Of a stretch of 64,000 nt of DNA, positions 45,370-64,000 are shown one piece after another. Position 1 is the first letter of the stretch. The number at the start of each line of letters is the position of its first letter. Under the pieces are notes generated by a model. It was given only the letters and a program-made list of their open reading frames with translations. It ran no database searches and was not told the origin of the DNA. The stretch lies in assembly GCF_009914755.1 (NCBI RefSeq), contig NC_060928.1, one strand, 5' to 3'. The DNA comes from the human T2T-CHM13v2.0 reference genome, Homo sapiens. Made by a program: the position numbers and the translations under genes.

Positions 45370-46465
45370 TTAACTTTTTAAAATGAAATAATTTCAGACC
45401 TCACTAACAGCTAGGATAGTACAGGGAGCTCTCATGTTTTCTTCAGTCATCAATTGTTAGTATTTTCACACATTTGCTTTCTTTTATTGATATATAATAG
45501 TTGTACATATTTGTGGGTATTATGATTTTTGATACATGAATATAAGATGTTATCAAATCAGGGTATTTGAGTTACCTGTCTCCTTAAACATTTATCTTTT
45601 CTTTGTGTTGGAAATAGTCCAATTCTTTTCTCGCTATTTTGAAATATACAATAAATATTATTAGCTGTAGTCTCCCTACCATACTGTTGAATACTCGAAG
45701 TGACTCGTTGTTTACGTGTATGTTTGTACCCTTTAGCCCACTTTTCTTCATCTTCTACTTTTGCTTTATTTCTGTCTTCTCTTCATGCTGACCTCTCTGA
45801 GTAAACTAGCATGTACTTTTTAAGATCAAAGACTTTCCCTTAGTCATATTACAATTACAAAATTCAGGAAAATTAGCATTGATGAAACTTTATTGTCAGA
45901 TATACAGTCAATATTCAGTTTTTGTCACCTGTCCCGATATTGTTTCTCATTGCAGTTTTCTCCCTCATCTAGTATCTAGTTTGAGATTATGCATCGACTT
46001 TAATGGCCACATCTCCTTAATCTCCTTTCATCTGTAATAATTCCTTGTTTTTCCCTGGCATCTCATGACATGGACACTTTTGGAGAGTCCAGGCCAGTTT
46101 TGCAAAACATCCCTTAATTTGGGTTTTTCGGATATTTCCTCGTATCTTTAGAGTTGGCTTGTGCATTTATGGTAGTAGCATTGCATAATGATGTTTTCTT
46201 TTTTTCTGCATATCACATTAGAGGGCCAGTGACGACAGTCTTTATCATTCTTGGAGACGCTGACTTGGTTTATCATGGTTCAGATGGTGTCTGCCAGGTT
46301 TCTCCTTGTAATGAATAAGCGATCTGTGCAGGGAGACTTTGATACTTTTACCATCCATTGATGTTCCTTGCCTGAATCAGTTATTAGTTGGGTGGTTGAA
46401 AAGTGGTGATTTTCCTAACTCAGTGATCCCCTCTACATTTAGTAGTTGACATTTTACTACAGTGC
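45370..46465 (-). mobile_element. Old L1M 3'-end fragments
   Basis: attgatatataatagttgtacatattt; aattcaggaaaattagcattgat. Confidence 0.65.
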
Positions 46466-47382
46466 CTTCCATCTTTTAAAAATCAGTAGCCTGGTCACAT
46501 AAGGAACATCACAGCATGTAAGATGCAGCACCAGCCACTTAATATGTAAGGATTGCCTTATTCAGTCTGCAAGCCAAACCTCGAAAGTAAGTATTAAGCT
46601 CCCACAGCCTGAAAGTGAATGGCATGGCAGTGTGCATTGACTGGTGACCTGGAACATTAAGCTTAGATCCTGTACATCTTACAACACATTTGTTACATTA
46701 GTTTAAAACATTTTACAGTCTTACTCAAAAAATGACTAAAAGGAGAACTTCAGTAACATTATAACTTAAAATGGGAGTTAACTTTTCCTGCCCAGAAGTT
46801 GTGCTAGACTGATAGTTGACAGTAGGTCTCCCCATGATCTGTCACAGGTGGGAAGGGATGCACTAGCAGATGAGGGTGTGTTTCAGTATTGTTCTTATAA
46901 CCCCAAATATGCTTTCGTTTCCTTTATAGCTAATTAAACTACCATTGAGAGTTTATTAAAACTTTTCTTGTTATACATTGATGTTCTCAGCATAATGCAT
47001 TCTTTGTTTATTATTCTTATTAGGAGTCTGTGATGATAACAGAAAACCCAGCTCAATCTGGCTTAAACAGAAGTAATAGTAAAAGCAAACACATATGTAT
47101 CATGTGCTGTGTGCCAGCCACTGTTGAAGGCACTCATTTTCCATTCACGGTAACTCATTTAATCTTCCTTACACCATCCTGTTATTATTTGTATTTCATA
47201 AGTGGAGATAGTGACAGTGGTTAAATAGCTTGCCCAAGGCCACACAGCTAGTAAATTTTGGAGCATTTACTGGTTTAAAAAACTTGAAATATCTGGGAAT
47301 TAGGGCTGACCCCAGTGGCAACTTGATCCAGGGCCTACAGTAAAATCAGTGCCCCGTCTTTTAGCTTGCCTTCTCTGTTGTC

Positions 47383-48333
<951 letters not shown>

Positions 48334-49319
48334 ATTTTGTTGTCTTTTTCTAGAAGTTTTTTCTTTGCAGACCACCTCCAAAAGTATCCTTTCGTGATGG
48401 CCCCTCCATCTGAGTGATGGCTTTAGGTGGTGTTGGATGGTTAGATTTCTTTTTTTAGATCTTAGGACTCCCAGAACTTTACTAACTGTTCCATATAGAG
48501 AACAACCATGGATTCTGTACAAGAATAAGAGGTTTTTTTCCCTAAACTTTTTATTGAGGCATAAAATGCATACAGAAAAATGTACAACTTGATGAATTTT
48601 CACAAAGATCATATCCCTGTAACTATAGCCACACACAGAAATGGAAGATTACTGGCAACCCAGAAGCCCCCCTCGTGTCCCACACAGCTTTAGAGTTCCT
48701 CACATGCTCAGAGGGGAGGCCAGCAGAGTGCCCTCTGCTTCCAACCCCTTCCTCTTGCTTGGACCTTGGCATCTGTATCTCAGGTGTTCTCCCTCTGGCC
48801 CTAAGAGTTCACTCCAAGTTCTGCTGCTTTCTTTGCCTCTTCAAAGGGCCACCTTTTTCTCAGCCTCTTGTCCCGGACCTAGGTCAGCATATTTCCCCAG
48901 GAAGGAAGCAGCTGCAGATGTCAGTGCCCTATGCCCACACCTACCTTTCCCTTGGCACTCACTGTCTTCTCAATGCCTGGCACCTCAGCAGGGCTCTGAT
49001 GCCCTGCAGAAGGTGATGTAGGTTTGGTTTGTCTTTGTGTCGTTATTGGCTTTTCTAGTTAATCTAGGCAAGAGAGTTGTGCTGCCACCAATTACTTTTT
49101 AAAAGAGAGTATTTATTTGTTTAATGGCATAGTTTGGTTTTGATATATATTTTGTCTTATCCTCAGTCTTTCCCTGACCCACTGTATTTAAAATAGAAGC
49201 CTCCCATTCTCAGCCCTCTTACCTAATTTATTTTTCTTCATGACATTTTTTATTACCTGAAATTATATGATTACTTGTGATTTAATTATGTCTCCCCTAC
49301 TGGCATATGTAATTCATGA

Positions 49320-49766
<447 letters not shown>

Positions 49767-50389
49767 TAGGAGGGAAGCATGCTAGGAGTGGGTGTAGACC
49801 CCATAATCACACACTGGGGCCTGCCCTGCAGAGAAGTTACTGTTGCTTGTTTTAAATCCCCTAATCAAATTGTATCTACTAGCTCAGAGTCCATCCTTCT
49901 AGAAATGTAACTGGATTATTACATTATCTGTATTTGCCCACAGGTTGTATAAATAATAATCCCAGTCCTGAGTGCTAGGTGAGACTCATCCCTTCTTCAT
50001 TCAACAGACCTTATTTGCTCCTTCAGCCTATTTGTAACATACTCCTGTAGCGTGTCCCGTTCAGCATTACGCTTCTTGAAAAGCTAGCATCTGCGGTGTT
50101 TCCTGTTACAGTTTATTAGAATCTTTAACAATAGGAACTGTAAAAGTCTGACCATAAAGCGCTCCTCGTGTGTGTCACTGCATACACTGTATTTCAACAA
50201 ACATTCAACAGACTTTAATTAAATAACCTTCTACATCACAAGCATTGTTATTTGCATTTAAACAACACTTCCTATTTTTATTCTCTTATTTCAAATCAGC
50301 ATTTCAGAGCTCCAGGAAGAAAGCCAGGAGTATCTTTCTAGAACCTTCCCTATCCCTGAAAACTTCCTAAGAATTATTCCATGCTATTA

Positions 50390-50636
50390 CTTGAGCCCAG
50401 GAGTTTGAAACTAGCCTGGGCAACATGGAGAAACCCTGTCTCTACAAATAATACAAAAATTAGCCAGGCATGGTGGTGTGTGCCTGTAGTCTCAGCTGCT
50501 CGGGAGGCTGAGGTTGGAGGATCACCTGAGCCCAGGGAGGTCGAGGCTGCAGTGAGCCATGATTGTGTCACTGCACTCCAGCCTAGGCAACAGAGTGAGA
50601 CTGCATCTCAAAAAAAGGAAAAAAAGAAAAAAAAAG
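50390..50636 (+). mobile_element. 5'-truncated Alu (J type)
   Basis: Starts at cttgagcccaggagtttg. Confidence 0.87.
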
Positions 50637-51884
50637 GAAGAAGAAAGTGTTCATGCTACTGATGGAAGAGTATATACATGCCAGTATTCACTTTGACTCC
50701 CATAGTGACAAAAACCTTTCTGGGTAGTAGGTATGAAATAGCATATACATCACTGGATAATTCATGAAGAATTAAGCAGGAGATATCAGAAGGGTTATAG
50801 GGTGAAAAAACTTGTACTACTGACCCAGACCAAAAGTTCCTTTAATACCACCTTGACTTTTATCCCAAGTGACTTTCAGACCTGCAGTCTCCTGTTCTCT
50901 CTTTCCCTTTTGAGATTTCCCCCGCTTACTGTAAGTCAGTATCACATTGTTAAGAACATAGGCCTTGGAATCTGAAGACCTGTGTTCTAACCCCACCTTC
51001 TTCACTTTCCAACTTAGACCACTGACTTGGACAAGTTAACATCTCTGTGCCTGACTCTCCATTTCTTTTCTTATTATTATTATTATTTTAGAGATAGGGT
51101 CTTGCTTTCGCCCAGGCTGGAGTGCAGTGTTTCTCAGAGCTCACTGAGCCTCGAACTCTTGGGCTCAAGGGTCCTCCTGTCTCAGCCTTCCAAGTAGCTG
51201 GCACTACAGCTGTCTTTTCATTTATAAATTGTACAAATTATGTGCATATCTAATATCGTTACTGAGGATTAAAGGAGATTCATTTATTGACCATATAGGT
51301 GCCAGGCATCATTTTATGTACTGATAATATAGTTAGAGGAATACTAGACACAAAGTAAGTGCTCAGTAAATATTGACAACTATTGCTATTATTGTTGCTA
51401 TTCATACAAATATTTCCTTCAAATAGTTATTTTCCTATTAACTACTCCTCTTCTAGCAGGTAGGCTAATGCATTTGTTAGAGGCAAAGATAAGCTGCTGA
51501 TACAGTATTTCCAACATTTACCCTAACAATCTCAATTTGAAATATTTAGCCCTGCCATATATCCTAATTATGCATTCAGCAAACATGGTCACTATAATAT
51601 TTCTGGATGTAATTATTACCTTTGACACAATTGGGTCCCTTGAAAAGGTGTTCTTTAAGACTGACAAATTCCAGTGGCAATTACTCTTATTTTTTGTGAC
51701 ATGATGACCAGGTTAAAAAAATAATAAATTTTAAGAAACTAAAGTAAAAATCTTTTGATGGTACATATAGATAGAATGAACCTGGATTTGTTCACTGTAA
51801 AAGTTATAATGGGAGGGGTAGGGGTGGTTCTCTTGAGTTTAAAAGAGAGTTGTTTAGCACAAAAGAAATACTTTTATTTGTGGT

Positions 51885-52350
51885 AAGAGTGTTGTTGCCC
51901 AAGAAACTGCCCCAAAACTTAGTAGCATTAAAACAACAACAACAACACGATCATATGACAGAATCTGTAAGTAAGGAATTTGGGCAGGGCTTAATTGGGT
52001 GATTCACCCAAAGTCACTCATTGGTACTCAGCTGACAGACAGGCTGAGCTGGAAGGCCCAAGATAGCTTTACTGACATGTCTGTCATCTTGGCAGGTGTG
52101 CTAGAGGGCTGGACTCAGCTGGGATTGTTGACCAGAGCCTCTTCATGTGGGTCAGGAAGTAGCTAGGCTTATGTGGTTGGCTGGGTCCCTCAAAGCGAGT
52201 AGCCCAAGAGAATCAGGTAGAAGCTTAAGGCCTTTTACCACCGAGCCTTGAAAGTCACATAGAATCACTTCCATTGCACTCTGTTGAGCCGACTGGAGCC
52301 CACACAAGTTCAAGGGGAAGAAGCATCACTCTCTTGATGGTAGAACCACC
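51885..52350 (-). mobile_element. MLT1-family MaLR LTR
   Basis: cccaaaacttagtagcattaaaacaac...ggaatttgggcagggc...gtcacatagaatcacttccattgcactctg. Confidence 0.75.
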
Positions 52351-52449
52351 ACTCTGTCAAGGTTTGGTTTCAAAATTTTAGACCACCAAGTACAAAGCTA
52401 CGATTTTTCCAAAGAAAAAACAAGCCTTACCCAAAGAATTAGGATTTCT

Positions 52450-55489
<3,040 letters not shown>

Positions 55490-55824
55490 TGAGGCTTCTG
55501 AGGTTACTGGGAGTATTCTAGGTCTGACTGTTACCTGATAGATATATTATTATTCTTAAAACTGTACATTTACATTGTATATACTCTGCTATGTGGGATA
55601 AATTCCACATTTAAAATAAATCTGTTAAGATATATGCCAACTGTTGACAGTAGTTACCTGTGAGGATTGATGTTGGGGTGGAACTGACTTGTACTTTCAA
55701 AGCAGCTTTTTTTTTTTTTTTTTTTTTTGAGACAAAGTCCATTTCAAAATTGTTATAAAGGTTGCTTGAAGCTAATACATGTTTTTGGTAGTTTATGAAT
55801 TGATACGTTTAAAATAAATAAAGC

Positions 55825-56120
55825 TGGCCAGGTGAGGTGGCTCACGCCTGTAATCCTAGCACTCTGGGAGGCCGAGGCAGGCAGATCACTTGAGGCCAGG
55901 AGTTCAAGACCAGCCCAGCCAACATGGCAAAACCCCATCTCCACTAAAAATACAGAAATTAGCCAGGTGTGGTGGCGCATGCCTGCAATCCCAGCTACTC
56001 AGGCTAAGGCACGAGAATCTCTTGAACCCAGGAGGCAGAGGTTGCAATGAGCCAAGATCACGCCACTACACTCCAGCCTGGGTTACAGAGCAAGACTCTG
56101 TCTCAGAAATAAAATAAATA
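55825..56120 (+). mobile_element. Alu (S type)
   Basis: TSD taaaataaataaagct. Confidence 0.92.
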
Positions 56121-57700
56121 AAGCTAAGGATTCTTCCTTTCAAGCTTCTAGGAATGACATTGATTAATAAGATTAATTTTAGCTCTTATATGAAAATTGA
56201 TTAAATTTTTTCCCATCACCGTCAGGTTTAGATTTTGCATTAGCACTTACGTTAGGCAGAAGAAAATATATAAAATTTTACATATAAGGAATATGAAAAT
56301 AATTTCAGAGTGAGAGTTGGTGCTAATGATGGGTACACAAATTCCTATACTTCCCAAGACACCATTAACACTTTTTGTGTGTGTAAAATGTTCTCATGGA
56401 ATAGAGAAGTTTTAAATATAAATATCCCATGTTTTAAAACTGACATTTCTGCTTTTATGTGCAAATGTGAATGCATCAATACAGAGAAAACTAGGGATGG
56501 TCCCTGAGTGACAACTGCCAGTTTAGGAATCACCTTGAAGGAAGAATAAAGGAATAGTGTGTATAAAGGAATAGTGTGTACAAAGACACAGAAATAGGAG
56601 GGGCCTGATGCTGTAAGGTCAGAAAAGAGTATGCTGAGGAGGGGGTAGTCGAAGGTCAGAGTGGGGCAGGCCCGCAGGAAACAGACCCTGAAGAGACTGA
56701 TGTGCTGTGTGAGGGCATTTCTAGTTATGTCCTAGAGACAAAAGACCTGTAGATCGAGTTTAGCCAGCAGGACTTAATGGCATGGCAGTGGGCAGACAGG
56801 TAGGTCAGTGAGGAGGTCATCACTGTGGGCTGAAGACCTAGTAGGAAAAACAGGAATATAGTTAACCTGAAATTATGCTTGTTTGATTGGAGCGGCTCAT
56901 TTTTTAGGGGCAAATAGGGGTTATTTTGAGCAATATATCAGTGGATTTATTACTGAATGCTCTCCTCAGAATCTGACTGTATCTCATTCACAAGCAACCC
57001 AAAGTTTGGCCTAAATTGGCTTACGGGGGAAAAAAGACTCAAATAACTAAAAGTCCAGAAGTTGGGCTGGCCCCTGTTAGGTTTGATTCAGAGCTTCCCA
57101 GTGTCATTCAGGCTTCTGCTCTGCCTCTCTGCCTACCTCTTTTTGTCAGCTTGGTTTTGCAGCCAGCTCCTTGTAGGGTAAAGGGTGGTGACAATGAGCA
57201 TGCTTCTGGGATCATATTCTCACACACTGTCCAGAGGTCATGTTCCCCGCATTCCCAGCAAGGACCATGAAATGTGCATTTCTGATTGGCCACGTGCCTC
57301 TCTCTGAGCCAATCTTTGTGGCCAAAGGGATGATGGGGGTAGTGTTAATCCCATGCAGACACATTGTGGTTTTGGTCATTTAGGCACTGTGAGGCAGGGG
57401 CGTATGCTCAGCAGCTAGCCTCCAGTGACTGCTGGTGTATTTCCAAGTGGCGTGTGCTTTTTCTCCCCCAGTTCCCAATCTCCCTTTTGATAAAGACAGC
57501 ATGGAAAAGTCAATCAGAACTCTAGCCTTACGTGACCTCCCTGTAGTGTCTAGAAAAGTACCTGATAATAGACTCTCATGCTGGGGAGTTCCTTAGTTGT
57601 ATCTGCTTTTGGTACTTGATAATTATGTTGTTTCTTTAAGATTAGGACTGAGTAACTATTTGACAAATGTCTAATATTTTATGTTTATGTATAAGCAGAC

Positions 57701-57796
57701 TTTTTTTTTTTTTTTGAGACACTCCTAACCTCGTGATCCACCCACCTCTGCCTCCCAAAGTGCTGGGATTACAGACATGAGCCATCGCCCCCAGTC
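57701..57796 (-). mobile_element. Internally deleted Alu with both ends and TSDs intact
   Basis: ataagcagac-T15-gagac|actcctaacctcgtgatcc...cccagtc-ataagcagactttt. Confidence 0.9.
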
Positions 57797-58549
57797 ATAA
57801 GCAGACTTTTAATAGTACAGGATAGGAGACTAAAAGGATAACAATAAGTGAGATAGAAATATCTTGGTTCTTTTTATACTCATTTCTTTAAGCTGTGATT
57901 AACAATTCAATGCTGTTAAATTTTGGTTAAGTTATGGTACATTAACGTAGTACATTAAGCCTTAAAAAAACAGCATGAGGGACCTCTCAAATACAAGTAT
58001 AAAGAACAGAATGCAAACAAGTGTGTGTGATATATACTGTTGTTTATGTAGCTTTTGCTACAGATGTGATGTTTCTTAATTCAACCTAAATAATGTGATA
58101 AAGTCACTCTAACATTATTTGAATCATAAATAATGTCAGGCTGCTTCATACATTTTTTGTTCTGTCAAAAGTTAAAACAAGAAGTGAAATCTCCATCCCC
58201 ACACAAATTTATCATGGGTAAGTTGTCCAGGCTCAAACTGCTCTTCCAGCAGCATTTTTCATACTGGATACGCAGTGCAAAGGAAATTTCTTTATCTCAA
58301 AATCTATTTGCCTACTTAAGTTAGCAAGGCGCTTTCATTAACTTTCATTCCTTAGTATTAATCTACAATATACTGACATGCTAGAAGGCAAATATCAAGA
58401 TACAAATTTAACAGAATTCTATAAATGCCTTCTAACCAAATATGTTCAGTTAAACTCATGCTTGTGGATTAATACCAGCATTTGGCAATTTCTATTTGTG
58501 TGAAGACATTTTCAAAGATGAAATACATAAACTTTTTTTATAAATCAGC

Positions 58550-58955
58550 ATTAAGAGGGCAGTTAGGTAAGGAAAAGACATACAGATTGAAAAGGAAGAA
58601 GTAAGACTCTAGTCACATATGACATGATCTTGTTTAGAATATAGAGAAAATCCTAAGGAATGAAATTAAGAAAAAACTCCATTTGCAATAGTATAAAAAA
58701 GAATATGCTTAAGAAAAAATTTGACAAAAGTGCAAGACTTGTGCACCAAAAACTATAAAGCATCTTTGAAAGAAATCAAAGAAGACCTAAATAAATAGAA
58801 AACATCCCATGTTTGTGATCAGAAAACAATACTATTAAGATGGCAGTACACCCCAAGTTGTTTTATAGAATCAAGATAATCCGTCTTGGAATGCCAGCTC
58901 CCTTCGTCGCAGAAATAGACAAGCCGATCCTAAAACTCGTATGGAAATGCAAGGG
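58550..58955 (+). mobile_element. Old L1M ORF2 fragment ending about 90 bp upstream of the second coding exon
   Basis: acagattgaaaaggaagaagtaagact; aaagaagacctaaataaatagaaaacatcccatg. Confidence 0.8.
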
Positions 58956-59045
58956 GCCTTTTTGTGACTGAGTGTGTGTGGTAGGTGGAACATAGTAGTG
59001 TCCAAGTTAGCCCTGGTCATTTAACCTGGTGCAATTTCATTGCAG

Positions 59046-59183
59046 GAGAATGACATCTTCCTGGGCTGGGAAAAAGGAGCTTATAAGAAATGGGGAAAGA
59101 GTAAGAAAAAATGTTCAGATCTAACTCTAGAAGAAATGAAAAAACAGGCTGCTGTCCAGTGTCTTCGATCTGCTTCTGATGAA
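59046..59183 (+). CDS. KIAA0232: KIAA0232 second coding exon (aa 78-123, ENDIFLGWEKGAYKKWGKSKKKCSDLTLEEMKKQAAVQCLRSASDE)
   Basis: Acceptor tttcattgcAG|gag, 138 nt open in phase 0, donor gaa|GTAAGT. Too short for the ORF track. Confidence 0.92.
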
Positions 59184-59532
59184 GTAAGTTTACATTTTGT
59201 TTCTAACACTTAAGAGAATAAAAGAAGGGGTGATTTAAGTTTACAAATATGACAACTTGACCTCCAAAAACTGGGAAAACAAAGTACTTATTTATTTTAC
59301 CAAGTAACATGAACATTACCACTTTTCCTTTATGGTATTTTTCTATATTTTCTGAAGTTTTATATGCTTTTCTTTTATATGTGCTACTCTAATTAAGAGT
59401 ATACACAAAATTTTATATCCTTTTTCCAACTCGACTATTTCATCCTGTTATTACATTGTCTTTATTCTTTTTAGTGGCTAAGTTGCATTTCATCAAATAA
59501 TATTTCAACAGCAGTATAATATTATAATATAA

Positions 59533-59952
<420 letters not shown>

Positions 59953-60464
59953 TAGAAGGGAATAGCAGTTCAAACACTTCAAAAGTACTGTATTGGCATA
60001 TGATTTATATATTTTTTGTTTTTAGAAAATATTACAATATTATTTTATTCTTTTAGCATTTCATATAAAATATTTCTCATGTCTTTCAGTTTCCTGAAAT
60101 AACAAAATAATTAAAAAATATCTTTTGCAGTTAATATTATGAATTCTTATTTTATTATTCACTCTAAGATGTTATCTGTGAGATCGTAACTACTGAAAGA
60201 GTCATTTTGCTTTGACCATACTATTTGAGAAGGTATGGTTTAAGTACCTTTATGATGCAAGGCGAAATTGAGTGGATTCTGACCTCCAGAAACTTCCTTC
60301 CTGGACTAATTGTTGAATGGTCTAGTGTTGCGATCGTTGGCTTTGTTATCTTTGACAATCTGCAGAAGTTTATTCTGTCTGGCTGCCACTGATGCAAACG
60401 GTTTTTAAGGCTTGCTTAGTGTTTCCCACCTTTCTGTTCTCATCCAACTCCTAATTATCTCTGA

Positions 60465-60801
<337 letters not shown>

Positions 60802-60904
60802 TCATGATACATTGTGTATACCTCAAATAACATGGCCTTCACATCCTAAGTTGTAATTATTCATTTGACTGTGCTCACTGGGCGCAAGGACCGTGAGTTA
60901 CCCA

Positions 60905-61715
<811 letters not shown>

Positions 61716-62344
61716 AGCTTCTTAATTTCTTGAAATTGTTGCTTCATACAGCATGGGATAGGAGTTTGGAAGTTACCACTTATACATACAGCTATCTTAG
61801 GCACCATTTCATTACAACAATTAGGAACATAATTAACCTGGTTTAAGGAAGAATAGAAATATATGTAAAGGATACAGGGATATCTCACTGAAGCCAAGTG
61901 CTAAAAGTATAGCAGCCTCACGAGAGACCTGAACTGGGAATTATGTGATAGACAAAGTCACTTTCGGTAACAACCAAGCTACAATCTCTCATTTCCTTCT
62001 GTACCTGAGTCAGGGTCATTCCCTCTCTGTCCAAACTCTGGTTTTCTCTGCTTTAGCACATAGTGAAGAATGGCCATTCCAGCTTCCAGCCCAGCATGAC
62101 CATGGAACTCTACTGTCCAACACCATTCATCTAGAGAGAGAATCTGATTGGCTGGGCTTGAGCCAGGTGATTGAGCCTGGGCTTAATCAGGCTTGAGCCA
62201 GCCTGATTTGATAAGCCCTGGTGAGGGGGCAGGGCTGCCTGGAGGTTCATCACTTCAGCAGGGGCTGTGAGTGACGTGCCCAGAGAAAACTTGGCAGAGA
62301 AAACTTTGTGGTTAAAATGGTGGGTTTTTTGGTTTTTTGTTTTA

Positions 62345-62473
62345 ATTTTAAAAAATACAGGGACAGGGTCTCCCTGTGTTGCCCAGGCTGGTTTTGAACT
62401 CCTGGGCTCAAGACATCCTCCCGCGTCGGCCTCTCAAACTGCACGGTACAGGCCTGAGTCACCACGCCCAGCC
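62345..62473 (-). mobile_element. FLAM-type Alu monomer
   Basis: Single left-arm-like monomer. Confidence 0.8.
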
Positions 62474-63282
62474 AAAATGGTGTTTTCTTTATGACACCTA
62501 AAGGGAGTAAATCGATAATTTGTAGATTGATAAGTAATTTAGAGCTTTTAAAGGAATTCAGAATGCAGATTTTTTTTTTTTTAACAAGCGAGAAGTTAAT
62601 TCAGGTAAATTATTTGAGCAAAATCCAAAGAAGCTGCTGAGTTATAGTCGGAAAGAAAATATGGGTAGTGCAGGTTCAGACTGAGAAAGGATCTTATTTC
62701 TTCTTTGGACCAAAGTTGCTGAGAAATGAGCCTAGCCTTTGACTCACGGTTAAGCTGGGGAAATGACAGGGGCAGCTGAAATCAACTGAAAAGATGAAGG
62801 GTATAAAAACCTTCTATGAGTAATGCAAGACCCTTCTCCTGTAGCTTGTTGAATTTGCGTGTAATTCATGCTAGCCGAGTATGTCGTGTGATGTGAAGAA
62901 CTTAGTATGAGGTAGAAACAGTGCAAGGGAATGGTTGTGGCTTATAAAGATCTTTGATTCTTTAGGTTATTGCTTTGGGAAAATGCTTTCCTTTGCTTGG
63001 CTGTCATAGGCAGGATTTTTATTTTCAACCCCAGTAAAGCATATTTGTACTTGTATTGCTCTTTCCTTCTCATTTTATTTAAAAAAAAAAAGATTGTTGG
63101 ATTGCTTTTTCATAACAACGATTTTTAAAAATCTCACCAAATTAAAATTAGCTGAGGAAGTGAATGTGCCAGGCATAACCAGATGCTCGGTAATTACTTA
63201 TGGAATGAATGAGGAGAGTCTTCAAGTCCCAGTCCCTGCTCCAGAGCTGTTGTTTGTGCATCAATCTATAGATCCCTTAAAC

Positions 63283-63602
63283 CAGGTGTCCCCGACCCCC
63301 GGGCCATGGACAGGTACCAGTACTTGGCCTGTTAGGAGCTGGGCTGCACAGCAGGAGGTGAACAGCGAGCAAGCTTTACCGCCTGAGCTCCGCCTCAGAT
63401 CCGTTGTGGCATTAGATTCTCATAGGAGCACAAACCCTATTGTGGACTGAGCATGCGAGGGATCTAGGGTGAACGCTCCTTATAAGAATCTAATGTCTGA
63501 GGTGGAAGTTTCATCCCGAACCCCATGCCTACCTGCTTGGTCTGTGGAACAGTTGTCTTCCACGAAACCAGTCCCTGGTGCCAAAAACACTGGGGACCAC
63601 TG
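63283..63602 (+). mobile_element. MER1-family (hAT-Charlie) non-autonomous DNA transposon
   Basis: Terminal inverted repeats caggtgtcccc ... ggggaccactg; perfect 8-bp TSD ccttaaac at 63275-63282 and 63603-63610. Confidence 0.93.
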
Positions 63603-64000
63603 CCTTAAACCAGCTCACTGGCCTCTTGGGGAGCCAATGAAAAGAACCCTCTTTAACTATTGCCTGCTGCAATAGAAAGAATCAGTGTGTGGTAGTTTAT
63701 GAATGGTAGGCCATCTGTGTGTCCCCTGGGTTTCTTTTTATAATCTGTCTATTGGCTTCAATGGAAAGAAAGGAGCAAAGAGGACCTACATCGAAAATTA
63801 TAATGCACAATTTTATTTTGTGTTTTTGTCGTGAATGTTTGCATATAAGTATGCTCATTTCCTGAGGATGATCGTGTTTGTGGTACTGTGTGCTATGCTT
63901 TCCCATCCAGTCCAAATGCCCTCTTAAAAGTGCTTCTCAGTACAGCTCTTTAGACAGTCACTACTAATTGGTCACAATCAAAAACCACTAACAGTTCAAG

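Noticed and set aside
56547-56585. Short tandem duplications (ataaaggaatagtgtgt x2; similar at about 18288-18317 and 20402-20462)
   Set aside because: Ordinary slippage duplications with no sign of function.

Overview
Hominoid (human or great-ape) genomic DNA, not microbial: about 48 Alu-family copies by hand count, primate L1s, MaLR LTRs, hAT DNA-transposon fossils and one SVA. The window covers the 5' part of a + strand gene whose N-terminus I recognise as KIAA0232 (uncharacterised protein). It opens inside the CpG island, in a 41-bp VNTR; exon 1 is probably just upstream of the window. A likely 84-nt non-coding exon lies at 21479-21562. A 500-nt exon at 41164-41663 carries the start codon (41433), and a 138-nt coding exon lies at 59046-59183; the gene continues past the window. 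Nearly all other ORFs in the track are Alu, L1 or SVA artefacts. The most interesting signals are: (i) a 5' UTR with 9 upstream ATGs in 269 nt ahead of a weak-Kozak start, rewired by the optional upstream exon; (ii) a nested L1>SVA insertion with an orphan poly(A)-tailed segment and three copies of one target motif; (iii) a probable L1 3' transduction; (iv) several template-switch-like quasi-palindromes. I found no evidence of a new multi-gene system. Repeat subfamily names and most repeat boundaries are by eye and approximate.
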